A stretch of 63,573 nucleotides of DNA, counting the filler, from Reticulomyxa filosa (Eukaryota > Protista > Foraminifera), in NCBI GenBank assembly GCA_000512085.1. It is 15 parts of 15 records of this genome, joined end to end, with 100 filler letters (N's around TTAATTAATTAA, not from the genome) between each part and the next. Parts side by side here need not be neighbours in the genome. Positions count along the whole stretch, not along the records: positions 17,866 to 23,964 come from ASPP01020651.1; positions 24,065 to 25,311 come from ASPP01018216.1; positions 25,412 to 29,977 come from ASPP01000463.1; positions 30,078 to 39,375 come from ASPP01008723.1; 11 more parts are not named here. One strand, given 5' to 3'. The notes beneath the pieces were generated by a model. The model was not told the DNA's origin. It searched no databases and was given only the letters and a program-made list of their open reading frames with translations. Position numbers and translations under genes: made by a program. How positions within the stretch are numbered: the stretch's first letter is position 1; each line of letters begins with the position of its first letter. Below are positions 22,554 through 37,558 of the stretch, piece after piece.

Positions 22554-24756
22554 AATGTTGGCTCCTTTTTGTATAATAATCAATTAAGAGTCGTGTTTTT
22601 TGTTTGGTTACATCTTTGTGATCCTTTGACTTTGTCTCATATCTTGAAATCCAACTCTTCAGCTACTTTCAAACCATCAGTCGATACCTTTGAATGAAAA
22701 ATGGTAAAATCTTTTTTGTTATTGCAAAAGAACTTAACCTTAATTTTTCAAATGTAAACGAATCAACAAAATTAAAATATGAAATTAAGCTACTGTTAAT
22801 TTGGCTGTGTATATCTTATGCAAGTATTTACTTTAAATGTAACGAACAAATAATTGTAGGCTACTTCATTTATTCATTCTTTTTTGTACTTTTCAACACA
22901 ATAACTTTTGATTACACAAAGAAAATCTAATATGCTGAGTAATGCGGATAACCTACACTATACTATGAACGGTGTAGCTGAACACCTATTGAAAATGTCT
23001 CGTCAGTTGAGCGTTACTTGGCCGCTGCTACTTTTGGCTAACAAAATTCAACGATTGGAAAATTATCCATATACGCATAGCATGTCTTTCAATTAATAAA
23101 GAAAAAAATAAGTGAATAACTTCATTATAGTAATAACAGCAAAGATAGAACAAAAAACTTAAAAAAAGCAAAAACGAAGTGTGTATCTAAACGTCAAGGG
23201 AACGAAGGAATCCCCAGTAGGTTAAACTTCCTCAACAACCTACTTCTTACTTTCTTACTTTTCTTTATCTTGTTTTATTATTTAAATTACTTTCGTTTTA
23301 CGAAACTCCGATTCTCTTCTAAGTAAACACCTCTCGTATTACAGTTAGTGCACCAATACTATCAGCAAACGTCCCACAAGTGGATGCACATATAAAAATT
23401 ATTTCTTTGAAATGTATTCATAAGCATTATTTATTATTTTGATCAAACTATTTTCTCATTCTTGTGAAATTTTAATTCATCACAAACTAACAAAAATAAT
23501 ATTATATAAATACAGTGGCGATGATGTCATCTATCTCTTTCCAAAATATTTATGTACATATAAAATATATTTACTTGTGCGCATTGTTGTCATTTTGCTA
23601 TTTGTTTTTTGTTTTGCCAGCTTGTTAAATTTGCTTAGATTTAGTGTCTTGTTTTATTTATCAAAAAATATCAAATGCCATAAAAAATATCGATTAACAA
23701 AACATAATTAGTAATGTATAAGTATACTTTTCATTTCATTTTCCAAAAGTTTAAAAAGCTTTTATTAGCTTCGACAGTAATTGAAAAGACAGAAAACTTT
23801 TTGTCAAAAGCAAAAAATTCTATAATCTTTTTTTAAATTTTATTTTGTACAAGTGGTCCTTATTTGTAAAAAGTGCTTTAGATTGAAAACACAGCACAAA
23901 ATCTTCTTAATCTACAGTAGGTTGCAAATAAAACTGAACGCCTAAAACGATATCTTATGATGATNNNNNNNNNNNNNNNNNNNNNNNNNNNNNNNNNNNN
24001 NNNNNNNNTTAATTAATTAANNNNNNNNNNNNNNNNNNNNNNNNNNNNNNNNNNNNNNNNNNNNAAAAAATTAAGTCTGAATGTTGTTTTTTCATGAAGA
24101 AAATCAATCATTTCTATAAGGTGCCGTTTTAGGTGTCAACTTTACTTTGCATTCTACTGTATTATAAGTTAAACATAAACTACGTATACTTTTTTTATTA
24201 CTACGCAACACCAAACAAATATATATTTGCGCTGAACTAACAAATGTCAAATCCAATATATAAGTGTTTAATCAAAAACGATATTTTGTCTATTGTAATA
24301 TCTAGTGATATAATGAGTCATTATTTAACAAATTATTTGTTCAATAGTGTAGAAAACCAATCAATATGTGAATGCATAAACACAAATACAAACTTAGTCT
24401 TCTTGCAACGTAAAAGTCACTCCACTGGACGTATCATTCACTTATATCAAGTCTGGAAAGCAAAACTCATAATGTTCATAGTTTAAGCAAGTTTCCTTTT
24501 TTTTTGTCACAAAAACATCCGAAAATCTAACTAGAAATAAGTGAAATTTTCCATTAACAATTACTTTCAAATCCATTCTTTTTCATAATTCGTCCAAAGG
24601 TCAAATTTTAATATTAAGATTTAATCAAAGAATTGTTTAAAACAAAATGTCAGCTATTTGAAGAGATATAATGAAACGAAAGTGATCAAAGGAATTACAA
24701 AAGTTAAAACAAATAATGAAGGGTTACGTCTCCTCCCCATTACAAACTAAAAAAGT

Positions 24757-25250
24757 TTAATCCGAGTCGGGGGTTTGTTGTTTGACTAGCTCTTTTAAGA
24801 GATACTCTAGCTTCTCTTCATTGGTTAAAAAGCGAAAGGGAACAGAGTCTGAAGATGACGAAGAATCTGAAGAAAGCTTTGGTTTCAAATGGAAGCCAAT
24901 GACATAAAGCATATAATCAATAAATTCAGCAAAATCGCTGTCTCTCTGAAGCACCTGTTGCAACAAATTTTGCGGTTTGTGATGACATTTATCAATTGCG
25001 ACAATAATCTTTCGTAGCACTGGATTCGTCAACGCCTGTCTAATCCTTCGATCATTGGCTAGTCGTTCGTACTGTTTTAGACTCACTGTATACCCCGTGA
25101 CTGACACAGGTTCGTCCTTTTTCATCGTCAATTCCATTTCTTTTGTTTCTTTTTGTATCACTTTCCCCTTTCTTTCATCGCTTTTCTTTTCTGTCTCCAT
25201 AGCATTTTTTGTTGCGTTATTATTACTTTGCGTTTTTACACAGCTTTCTA
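24757..25250 (-). CDS. ZNHIT3/Hit1-like protein, C-terminal exon
   Basis: YERLANDRRIRQALTNPVLRKIIVAID...QRDSDFAEFIDYMLYVIG resembles the ZNHIT3 C-terminal helical domain. The zinc finger itself is off the contig. Confidence 0.6.
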
Positions 25251-25861
25251 TTTTATTTTTTTAAAAATCCTTGTCTTATTGCTTCATATACATATACACG
25301 TGTATGTATATNNNNNNNNNNNNNNNNNNNNNNNNNNNNNNNNNNNNNNNNNNNNTTAATTAATTAANNNNNNNNNNNNNNNNNNNNNNNNNNNNNNNNN
25401 NNNNNNNNNNNCACAGCATATTATAACATGAATGAGTTAATTATGACGCAGTTCATTGCAAATTTTGAAAGTATCTATTTGTTTTCAAAATCATTTTATA
25501 TCTTTTATGTTTCTTCTTACTTATATCAAGAGTTGATTGCTTAGCCGCTTTTGTTACGCACTTTTAATACTTTTTTAATAGACAGTGGATGTGATGATTC
25601 TCGTATTTATTTGTGCATGTAAGACAAATCAAAAAAATACTTTGGATAAGATTTTCTGTGAATTAATTTTTTTAGTTCAAAAGAAATTCATCTTTTTATT
25701 AATCTTTGCATGTGGATGCCAAATTAACAAGACATTTATAGTTTGCGTTGAAAATGTTTGTATTGACAAAAAAAGCACTTTCTTTTGCGTTTTTGAATCA
25801 TTTCTAGTCATACAACAATTTATTCACTATCTACTAAATTTTCAGACTAAGAACAATACGA

Positions 25862-26504
25862 TTATGTTCCAACTGAAACATCACAAACCCAAGAAGAAAT
25901 CGGATTGATGATTGGGTCACTGGTCGTGCAATTAATGAAGTTGCACTGACATGCGTAACAACACCCGTTTTCTTCTATTATCAATTGTGTGCTAAGTTTT
26001 GTTTTGTCCGGAAAATTTAATCTAAAAAACAAAAAATCACTAGTATCACGCCATAAATGCCCGACAACTTGTATTACCATGTGATCACAAGCTGTGCATC
26101 GAATTCTTTGACAACACTTTTTGTCGTTGATGCCCAAGTATACTTTTGGTCCATTATTACATTGACTTTGAGTATTTTTAAAATAAGAAAAATTGTTTGT
26201 TGTTTTTTCTGTTGGGCAGTCTTCGAGAATGGCCTTGACAATCTGAGTTTATATATATTTTCTCGGTTAAATATCACAATTGTTGAAAAAAAGTTAGACA
26301 TACCTTTTCCTCTGTGATTTGAGCTGTGTCCTGTGATTTGGTAAGCGTATTATCTTTATTAGGTTTACCAACATCCAATTTTTGATTCAGTGCCCAATTT
26401 AGTGTTTTAAGTGGCTGTTGTTGTTGGAGTCGTGGGGTAAGTTTCTGTAGCATAATATCGAGATCATTAATAAGTTTATTCGTGTTAAATTCAAAATTTG
26501 ACAT
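25862..26504 (-). CDS. CFAP418/C8orf37-like cilia-associated protein (RMP domain), 2 exons
   Basis: An in-phase intron at 26243-26302 joins the exons. CQRIRCTACDHMV...WRDTSDFLFFRLNFPDKTKLSTQL....GCCYACQC matches the C8orf37 pattern. Confidence 0.85.
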
Positions 26505-27333
26505 TCCTAAATAAACAATTCGAAATCATGACAAAATAGATTTTAATCAATTCTTGACGCCACTTTTTACTCAGTCATATTTTGACTTTGTTTTTTATTC
26601 ATATTTTTGCTTGTTAAAAAAATGATAATACAAAAAAATTTATCTTCAAAATTATGTCAATGAATACATCACCAAATATTTTAAAATAGAAAACAGTATA
26701 TATCAAAGTATTATACATTTTCATCGAATTAAGTGTAATAACATTCCAGAGAATAAATATACTTCAGCCAAAATAACACTAGAAATGGCAAGTTTCAGTA
26801 ATTAAAAATTTTTCAGCGGCAAGCATTATAACCAATATACGTGATACGAATCAAATGTTGGTGAACAAAAGAATAACAACAAATTATTTTGTACGGTATA
26901 AGCATAACTATGAGAAAGTGCGAGTTACCAAGAGGTAGAGAAGAAATTTAGATAGTCTTCTAAGCACCTAAGAGTTTTCATAAATACTCCAAAAAAAAGG
27001 CAGTTCACATTTGGTCTTAAAGTAGGCTGTATTGCTAATTAGTGTAAACATGTGGCTTAATTTAGTAGTTAATATAATATAATGGGCCATTGTGGACAAA
27101 GAACGAACTGCAGATACGTAACACGCAAACAAGAACAAAAAGCATGCTTCGCCAGAAAAACAATAGGTACAATGCGACCAACGCAAGCATGAGATTAGGA
27201 CAAGTTTATCAAAAGAAAAAACACACAGTGCATGGTTTACCAATTTGTTTGTTTCTCTTTTTCAATTGTCACACTGAGCGAAGAAGCATCATTGGATCAA
27301 AAAAAAGAAAAAGCAATGAATAGAAAATAGAAA

Positions 27334-28812
27334 TTATTTTCTGTCATTGACAACAACTTCTCCAAGGGTATTGCCTTGATTGTTTGAGTTCAATTCTTTT
27401 GTATTTTTAAAGAGAGATTCAGATTCGCTTGAAGACAAATTTTCTTTTTCTTTGCGATCTCTCTCTTTTTGACTGATTATTTCTTGTTGATAAGAGTACC
27501 ATGCTGCACCAAATACGGTGATAAAACTGCCAAATAGTTTCGTCATTGTCCAGGAATTTTCAGTCACAAACATTGCTAAAAATACGGTCAATGCTTGTTT
27601 GTACCTTTTTTTTTTTTTTTTGGTTAAAAAAATTAATCAAACAAACAAAAAAGAACCACTTCTAATTTGTTTTCTAACTCCCCCCTTTTTTTTTAAATTT
27701 GATCGCATGTTAGGGGAGAAAAAAAAGGTATCGTACATTCGTATAGTGTAGAAAATAAAAATAAACCGTACATTGGCCATGACACCCATCGCACTGGCCG
27801 ATGTTCTTTTGACCGTGCCAATACTTGCGATATTGGTCAAAAAGGCCAACACCCCTCCAAGGACTAAATAGTACCATAATGAAGAGTGGCCCGAATTGGT
27901 TTCAAGAGCTTGTGAATCGATAGACTCATTTGTCATGGCATTCAAGCTATTGGACGATTGCAAAGACGCTTCCGAAGCAGTGACGGCATCAGTGGTGTAA
28001 AATAGATTAGTACCGGCATTGACCACGAATTCCATGATAAATATCCATACCGTAGACATTGGAGTAACTATCAATAAAAACGAATATTCTTGCACTTTCA
28101 TTTTCAAATCTTTTTGCAATATTTTCATGGACAACACCCCTTTCAATGCACTTACAAATACAGAGGACGCGCTCACAATTAGTCCAAACAATGTCAGCTC
28201 CATTTCCGCAAATGAGGTTATTATGATTCCCAAACATACCGGAAGCAATGGTATTATGTTCTCTTGCCAATGCGGTCTTGCCAACAGCATATATTCCAAT
28301 GTCAACTAATACAATGGCGTCACTGCTCGCATCACTTGGTTGAGACTTAATGTCGTCAGTTTCACTCCTGTTATTTATTTATTTATTTTTATCAAATAAA
28401 TAATAATGCAACTCACATTACGGTATTTCGCGATTTACTTTTCCCCTTTTTTCCCCTCCCCTCCCCTTCTCACTTACCAAGTTGACTGTAAACAACGTTG
28501 AATGCAAATATAAATGAATATACAAACATCTGCTGCCACTCATTAATTGTTAGCTTCGGAAATTCTCCTTTGCATGCAATGAAACATCCAATAAATGTAA
28601 ATATCATGTGTGATAGCGTGTTTACCGATGGAGAGATATCCAAGCTGCTCAAGATATATTTGTTATAAAAGGTAATACTGAAATTGGACACAAACCAAAA
28701 CACGCACCATAGTACTACCTTTATTCATTTGTTTTTTGTGATTTTAGTTTTACAAACGTATTCTTTGCATTTTTGCTTCTCAAACAAACACACTTACTGT
28801 TCTGTTTGTCAT
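27334..28812 (-). CDS. Triose-phosphate/nucleotide-sugar transporter family (SLC35E-like), with one in-frame TAG
   Basis: WFVSNFSITFYNKYIL, LSLNQVMRAVTP, VSALKGVLS, GVLAFLTNIAS....KRTSASAMGVMAN.KQAL, G..ITVFGAAWY. Probable 15-nt first exon MTNRT. TAG at 28306-28308. Confidence 0.85.
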
Positions 28813-29415
28813 TGTTCAATCTATTTTTTTATATTATCTTATCGAATATTTGTTTAAAAACAAACAGGGAATATTTTTGACGTTTTGTCGTCATTTATTT
28901 AAGAAACATTTCAAAAGTATAATATTTGCAGTGTGGCGATCATGTTGTTTCAAATTAAAAAATATATTCACAGTTAACTTTTAAAAAAATAAATTCATAC
29001 TATACAATAATTTTTTAAAAAGATGCAGTTAAAAAATTGTTTACCCTCTTTTTAGTACATGAATTATTCGTTTGATTCTATATATTTGGAAATTAATTCA
29101 TCTCAAATAAGTCAAAAAAGCAATGCTTCATTTCAAAAATACCAAAGCATTTAATTTACCACCTAATAATCATTGGTTCATGTCGTTTTGTCAAGAAAGT
29201 TTAAAGATTGGCCATTTTTGAAGTTGAAACGATCAACTTTAATATTAAAATGAAAACCCATTACGAATTTCAGATCTGTTTCAACGATCTTTAAATTAAA
29301 AAATTGCGCTTATCCTTTTTTCCAAAATTTGCAGTGCATTACTACAAAAAATAAGTCTTTCGTACAGCTTTTTTTTGAGGATTTCCCCTATAGGATAATA
29401 AATAATACGCAATAA

Positions 29416-29977
<562 letters not shown>

Positions 29978-30159
29978 NNNNNNNNNNNNNNNNNNNNNNN
30001 NNNNNNNNNNNNNNNNNNNNNTTAATTAATTAANNNNNNNNNNNNNNNNNNNNNNNNNNNNNNNNNNNNNNNNNNNNATTACACACACACACGCCACATA
30101 CATATCATATATACAATGGTTGACACATTGAACCCCAAAGTACATATATGTATATATAT

Positions 30160-31237
30160 AAACTCCAATATTATGCAAAAAAATGATCGTCGTGGAATCA
30201 CATTTGACACAGTACTCCTCCAGCACGTTGCTCATGCCTATGAGACCGGCTCCTGTCAACATCATCAAATCTCCCCACACAGGCTTCTTCCCATGGCCTT
30301 CACTGGAATTGGCTTCGTTGTCAGACTCGACTAGCAGCAGCAGTCCTACAATGGCAAACACGATCGACCCGATCTGCTTCAAACACGTCCTGCGACCAAA
30401 GATGAAAAAACCCAAACACATGACCATCGGGATGTTGAAAAAGTCCAGCAGTGTCGTGCTCGTTATGCTCGTGTATTGATACGCCAACAGCACCAACGAG
30501 CTTCCTTCCACGTCTGCCTGTTTCCAGTCCATTTCATTGTTTTGTTGGTTATTTTTATTTATATATATATATATATATTGTCCATATATTTATATGTTTA
30601 TGTGTTTATTGAACATAATTACATGTACGTATGTGTGTCGTGAATGTGCAAAAAAAAAAAAAAGGGGATTTTTTTTGTAAAACTATGGCAGCAAGAAGGT
30701 ACGCTTTTCCGAAGTAAGGAGTGCACTTTTTCATGTAGGCCAGGGTACTTAAATATAAGATCAAATATACCGAGGAATTCATCAACGTCGGAGCGTTCCA
30801 TTGGCTATTTTAATTGATTATATTGGTGCAACACGATATTTTTTAAATGATTCTCTTCTTTGTTTTTGTTTTGTTTTTTTTATTTGTTTGGGATAAAAAC
30901 TTAGCTGCTTCGTTAATTCCACACGCAAAATATTTTGTGATGCCTGAATCAATGAAATCAACTGTGCAAACAAAACTACTGCGATCCTAACTTTCCATGC
31001 GTCCCAAAAAGAGAGCTTGTCTCTCTCTGTTTGCAACAACTCGATCAAAGAGGTGGATGGAGACAGTGAGGATGGAGATTGAATATCTATTTTCTCCAAA
31101 GAGAGATCTTTTTCTAATTGCGGTTCTGTACCAGCTGAGTGTTGCGCTTTACCGAGCAGATTTTTTGTAGATGATTCAAATTTATTCAATTCTTCACTTT
31201 CCTCACTCTCAGTATCGTGTGTTGATAACGGCTGCAT
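30160..31237 (-). CDS. SLC35F1/F2-like (DUF914) transporter, 5' part, multi-exon
   Basis: VLFAQLISL; ADVEG..LVLLAYQYTSITSTTLLDFFNIP; KPVWGDLMMLTGAGLIGMSNVLEEY. Confidence 0.9.
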
Positions 31238-31442
31238 GGTTACCCCTCAAATAAGTAAAATTGGGGGTAAAAAAAAAATTTTTTGCTGTTTAATATTTGA
31301 TTGTGCATAAAACAAATTTACAAGGCAAACAAAGAACAGAAACGAGTAGAATATCTTGTTTTGTCTTTTCCTCAAGATTTTTAAAAAAGCTAACAAGACA
31401 ACGGGTACTTAACAACATTTTTTTTGAAAAATTATAATTTCA

Positions 31443-33088
31443 ATGCAAACAAAAGCAGTTGATCGGACCGCTTCTCGACGTGATAAAGAAGGAGAAAAGA
31501 TAACAAATGAACCTAATGATCCTCTTCAAACGAACGAGTCGACAGAGGGCACAAGCACACGACGTGAAAACAAGCAAATGGGAGACTTGTTTCAAGGTTT
31601 GCGTGTGTTGATGTTAACATTCACCTTGCTACGTCACATAAACATCTTGTATCCCGATATTATGGGATTAGTATATGGCAATTATACTAACCACCAAAGC
31701 TCTCATTCACGGCAGTTGTTACGAGCTTTTTCACAACGGTTGACATTATATGGATGGTGGGACACTGCCATTGACTTTACAAATCTGTCTTTAATTATAT
31801 GGGTGGGCATGTCCGGAATTGTAATGAGCACCAAGTATTTCACTCATTACGAAAATGCCCTTTCTCGTGGTCAAGGTAGGCATTTTTTTTTCTCTGCCTT
31901 TTGCACTAAAAACAAAGATTATTGCGAATGCGCGCAACATGTCAAACTTTTTTTTTTAGGAAAAGCGTTGGTAAATCATTATTGTGGATTACTGATTCGA
32001 CGCAATCTTCGAATATTGTTGAATGTATTTTTAGTGCAGTGGATATGGCACATATTTGTATGGTATGGTTTCCTTGGCTCGAGTAGGGCAGGCACAGCTG
32101 GGGAAATTTTGGCACGGCATTTTCCATTCAGTTCTCGACGAAGGAATTTGGAATCATATTTCAATATAAATTTTGATCTGCTGGGTTTCGTAATGGAAGG
32201 ACATATGAATGGACCATTATGGATGATTGGTCCCTTGGTTCGATCTTCATTTGTGGTCTTCTTGTTATTAATGTTCATTGAGGGAACAACCATGTTAAAT
32301 ACATTTGGGAGACGCTTTTGGTTTTATATTGCCACGATGTTGTTATTTCTTAGCAGTGCAGACTATCACGATTTGGCTGCAGCCATTGGAGGGGTGGCTA
32401 TTGCAGATGGTTATTTGAAACGAAAAGAATATACACATTCTCATTCACATGATAACCCCAAAACAACTGTACCATTCAATTATTGGTATTTGTTTTCCAG
32501 CAAGTTGGCCAGTAAATGTCCCATCTTTTTGGGATTGCAATTCTTCATGTTGTGGATTTATCCACCATTGACGAGTCTTTTTTTTGTTCGAGGTGTTATA
32601 CTCATTTGTATACTATTCTACCTGGACCATGTGCGTCAAAGAAAATATAGATGTGGATTAGACAAAATTTTTGGAAATATTTTCACTAATCGATACACAG
32701 GTTAGCCAACTCAAAAACGCTTTACTTTGCTTCTCTTTCCTTCTTTGTGAAACAAATTTGTAAATTTGACCTATTTTTATTGCTCGACATATTTACAGTA
32801 AGGTTTGCCGATTTTACATTCTCTATTTATTTGTGGCACTTACCAGTTTACGAGGTGTTAGGATATAATTATAATAGTATATTTTATTGGATACATCCGC
32901 TATTATTCATTATATTTGGTATAATAACGGCTTGTCTATTTGGTATGCTTGTTTATTGGATAATTGAAGTCCCCATTAATAAATATATTGTGTTGGGACT
33001 GTTCGGATGGTATGATGCAAATAAAGGACAATATTCTGGTAATAATGCCCTTCGAAGTAGTGCAAGTTCACTTAATGCAGGCTTGTAA
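31443..33088 (+). CDS. Acyltransferase-3 family (Acyl_transf_3) polytopic membrane O-acyltransferase, 2 exons
   Basis: FQGLR.....LLRH, MSGIVM, RRNLRI, NGPLWMI, DFTFSIYLWHLP and YWIIEVP occur in family order, with many hydrophobic segments. Intron at ~32701-32800. Confidence 0.75.
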
Positions 33089-33608
33089 TAACGTGTCCTG
33101 TATTGACTTGCCTTCACTAAACAATCTGTTCAAAAGCATGCTTTCACTACCGATCCAACAAAAGTATTTAAATTCATTTAAATGAAAATTTCCTAGTCGC
33201 GGAATCAATAAATTATATCTTCTGTTATTTGTACTGTTAGAGTTGGTTACTAAATCGACAACTTAAAAGCATCAATTTAAGACAAGTGTTACAAAATTTT
33301 AACGTAATGTTCAGAAAAAAACCTCTGGACACAACTTAATTTAAAAAACAGTCTGTAAAAGACAAATGTCCCATTTTTAATAAAGCTAATTTGATTCCAA
33401 TGTAAAAAAAGAAAAAAAGAAGATAAACTTTCTTGAGAGAAATAACGAGACCGTCCTACAACAAATTTAGTAAAAAAAAAAAAAAGAATTGCAATAAAAT
33501 GCCATTTTACATTTGATTTAACAAGAAACGTATCAAAATAGTTTCATTGGAAATATGAACAAATACACAATAGTTCACACCCCGTTCTTTTTTTTTTTTT
33601 TCACTTGA

Positions 33609-36600
33609 TTATTGTTTCCCATTGCGCATAAAGTGCTCATTTAGCAAGTCGATCAATCGCTCAACATTCAGTGTAACCATTTCTAACTGATAACGGGTGC
33701 TATGATCGTCTTTCATTTCCAACAACTTGCTAAATGAAAGTTGAAACGGCTCTGGAAAGGGGCTAATCTTGGCACCAAAACCAACTTTGTATTTCACTTC
33801 TACCTGGAATTCGTCAGGATTTTCTCCTCTAGAAAAGTAGTAAACAAGATTGTTAAAGTTTGCCCGTGTCCGTTTGAGAACTTCTTCATCAACATCAACA
33901 ATAACGCCACAAGTCAGCAATTTTTGGTGCGTAAATTTCACAGGTTTTTGTTTTTTCTTGCTATTTTTATCTTTTTGAGAGCCCCCTGGGCCACGCTTGT
34001 CATTTTCCATAATATTGTTTAAGTATTGTTGATATGCCTCCAGTTTACTGCCTAAATAATTTGCGTGATCTGTAATCGTATCTCGAGCTTTCTCTACAGC
34101 CTCGATTTTTTGATGAAATCGGTCTACCCTTCGCTTCATTTCTCGCACTTCGTTAACATATACCAACAAAAAGCTATTAAAAGCACTGCTATCACTAGAA
34201 TTCCCATTTTGTGATTGGATGAATGTACCAATGCCTTGAATGGCTTTGTCGCAATCTTGCAACACGGCGTTTTTGCCATGATTTTTTGCCCAGTCTCTAA
34301 CATGTTGCAAATAAGCTTTTAAAGAGCTTCGAAATTGGTCCATAAACACTTCCGGAACGGCAGAGTTTAAGAGTATACTTTTAACCTTTTCACGGACTTG
34401 TTTGACAGTGAGGTCTTTAGTGCCGAAATTGGCGAAGAAATCTCTGACCAAATTGGCTTGGTCTTGTTCCTTGAAATCGGCGTCATCCACGCCAGACAAG
34501 CGAATGTTAATGACGTGATTGTCTGCATGTTTCACCGGATCTGGAGCACTTCCAAGAGGTATCAATATTTTGAGCACAGGATCGTCGAGGTTGTTTGTAG
34601 CATTCCATTCTTTTCGAAGCTTTAACAATAGGCGATGGACTAAAAATATTTGATTGAAACTGATTTGGATTGCTTCATCGTCTTTTTTGGTGTGTTCCAA
34701 CAAGTTGTCCACATCCATTCGATCCGACAATTGATCCACATCGATCAATCGCGCAAAGTAAGTTTGAATGTCTTCGCGATGTTTTTCCACCCAAGGAGAT
34801 AGTGATTGCATGTATTGATCACGGAACTCCACGCCATTGGACAAATTTTGCAATATTTTGGCAACCTAAAAAAAGCAAAGCAAAATGACTCTTACCATAT
34901 CAAAGGCCAACTCAAGCGGAAAAAAAAATAAAATAATTTTGCAAAGCACTAAACAAGAATAAGGTTTCTTCGCATTACTTTGGACAACTTTTTTTCAACA
35001 AAGTGAACCGATTCCGGGGTGACAATGACAGGATTAAAAAATCGCAGATAAATGTACCCACCGACTAATCCACCGATTTGGTACCGATCAGCGTCCGGAA
35101 ACCTTTTTTGTGCCATTTCGGCCAGCTGTTTACAAATCCAGCGAATGCCAAATGGAATTTGGTCTACCGTTTCAATTATGCGTGACAAAAAGTGTTCTGC
35201 TATGTACTCCAGTTGTTTCACGCGAGGCGGGATAAGCCGTTTCACGTATTTGTCTTCCGCCGCCTCTTCAGCTGTAGGGTTACGTTTTCCGTCCCATGGT
35301 TTGCTCATTTTAGCCTCATAGCTGGCTATTATTTGTTGATGGACCTATATGCATATACATATGTTATACACTGTTATGTATATAATATATATATATATTT
35401 TTTTTTGCATAATATACGTTTTGAACAAACTCTGAAACTTTAAAAAAAAAAAAGAGGGGGGAGTTGAAATAAGTTGAGTAGTGTTAATAAGGAGGGATTT
35501 TTTTGTTATTGTGAATGAGATTGTTTTTAGGACATAAAAAAAAAAAAGAGGGAGAGGAGGAAAAAAAAGTTGGAAGAACGTTGTATCCCAATTAACTTCA
35601 ACAGGATTAATTTCAAGATTTAGCGAGGTCTGTTGTACCATTTCCCGAATGGGTTTCTCTAAAATCTCTCTTAAGACCCCCAGTCCTTGCCCTCTGCGTG
35701 CATAAGCGGATAACATTTGCGTAATGGCGGTATTGGCACGCATAAAAGACCCAATGTCATCGGCTTGATCAAACGATTTTTGTAACACAGTTTGAAACAA
35801 GGTCAACAACAGCCGTTCTTCCCGATTGTCGTACTGATCACCATACATGTCAAATACTACCGTTTTCACAAAGTCACTCACGTCTTTCGTTTCGACGTGA
35901 TGAGCCAAGCACGCCAAGTATTTGGGTTCTTTCTGTAACACATGTAGCAATTTTTCATATTGGGCTTTCTTCCCTTCCAAAGGACCGGAGCTTTGCAATT
36001 GCTTCCTTTGTTGAATTATTCCTCCAGCCATTTCATCCAACTATTGCAAGCAAACTAAGGTTTATACGTTTCAAGTTTTTTTAAAAAAAACAGAAAAAGT
36101 CTCCCAAATTTAAAAAAAACTTTTTTTTTTTGAAATTTCATAAAAGGGGGGCGCTATGAGTTAAAAAAACAAAAAAAAATCTCGGTTGTATAGGGGGTTA
36201 ACGTGACCCCCTTTTTTTTTCCCCCTCCCCTCCCTTTCTTGCTACTGATACGATCACACCTGACTAATTGAAATCATGTTCTGAATAAATCGCTGGATTT
36301 GTTTATCTAAAATAGCAAGGTTTTTTTCCAATTCAAAATTACGTTTTGATGCTGGGACAATCTCTTCACGCAATGTCTGCATTTTTTTCTGATCTGTTTT
36401 ACATTAACCAATATCGACCCCATAGCAACCATAAAAATAAAGCAAAACAATGAGTTCACAAAGGTATACGTATTTCGAAATTGCAAAAAGAATAAAAAAA
36501 TAAAACATATTCTTTCGATAGTTAAAAGAAGATCCAACCTTTTTCTAATCTTTTTTCTAATTCTTTTTGGTCATATGTCAATTCTTCTTTGCATTCCACC

Positions 36601-36796
36601 AAATCTACCCGCTGCTCTGCCAATATTTGTGCTGTGTTTTGCTCTGTTGTCTTCTCTTGTGTCTCTTTCTGGGATATATATGCCTTATTATCTAATATCA
36701 ATTTTGATGTCACACGTCTCATGGGTGTTGTTGATGGGCGTAACAGTCCTGGTGACTTCGGACTGCTTGGTTCCTCCTCAGGTCTTCGTCAGACAT
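33609..36796 (-). CDS. RasGAP + RasGAP_C protein (IQGAP-related, Sar1/Gap1/GapA type), multi-exon
   Basis: YGDQYDNREERLLL, MRANTAITQMLSAYARRGQG, LEINP, IPFGIRWICKQ, GGYIYLRFFNPVIVTP, RRNLIL/AKILQNLSN, and a C-terminal KFTHQKL..GVI domain. Confidence 0.93.
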
Positions 36797-37558
36797 GGAT
36801 ATTTTTGCCTGTTCGAGAAGTCAATTGCAATTTAGACGTTTAAAATTTCTAAAGAATTACACACCGGTTTAAAAGTGTGTGCCTATATATCCGAAACAAC
36901 GAAGAATAATTACAAAGGCTCCCAATTTTTTTAGTTTTTTTTGCAGTCACTCCAATTGTACCAACTTATTTATCAGATTTCAAAGAAATAGTGATAACGG
37001 TAGAAAAATTTGAAATGCAAGAAGGTGTTCTATAAAGATAATCTTTTTTAAAGAAATAATGAGCGAACAAGAGATAACGCATAAAAACAAGATACATTTT
37101 CTTTGCCGAACTGTATCTGCGAACGATTTAACATAGAAACAAATTATCAAAAAAAAGGGTTACGTTTTTTAACTTTGGCTTTCGTTTTGTGTAAGGACTA
37201 CAACTCTGTCCCTTTTAATAGAATTTACACTTTAATTGATGAATATTTGAACTTATTCTTTATCTTTAACGAAGAGGTTCTGGTTTTATGATGATTGGAT
37301 GAATAGAAGAGAAATAATGGACTACTTCTTTTCGAATAAGCTAGAAAGTAAGTTAAAATTATCGCGAAGTATTCAAAAAAATTTGAAATACAAAAAGATA
37401 ACAATTTGGTTTTTATATTTCGATGTTACTACAAAAAATAGGAAACTAAGAATATATTTGCAGCTTGTCAGATTGGAACTTTATTCTTTCTTGACCTTCA
37501 AACGCAACATCTAGGAGTATTTGTATAAAAGAAGAACGCCATTCAAACCGATTGGAGT

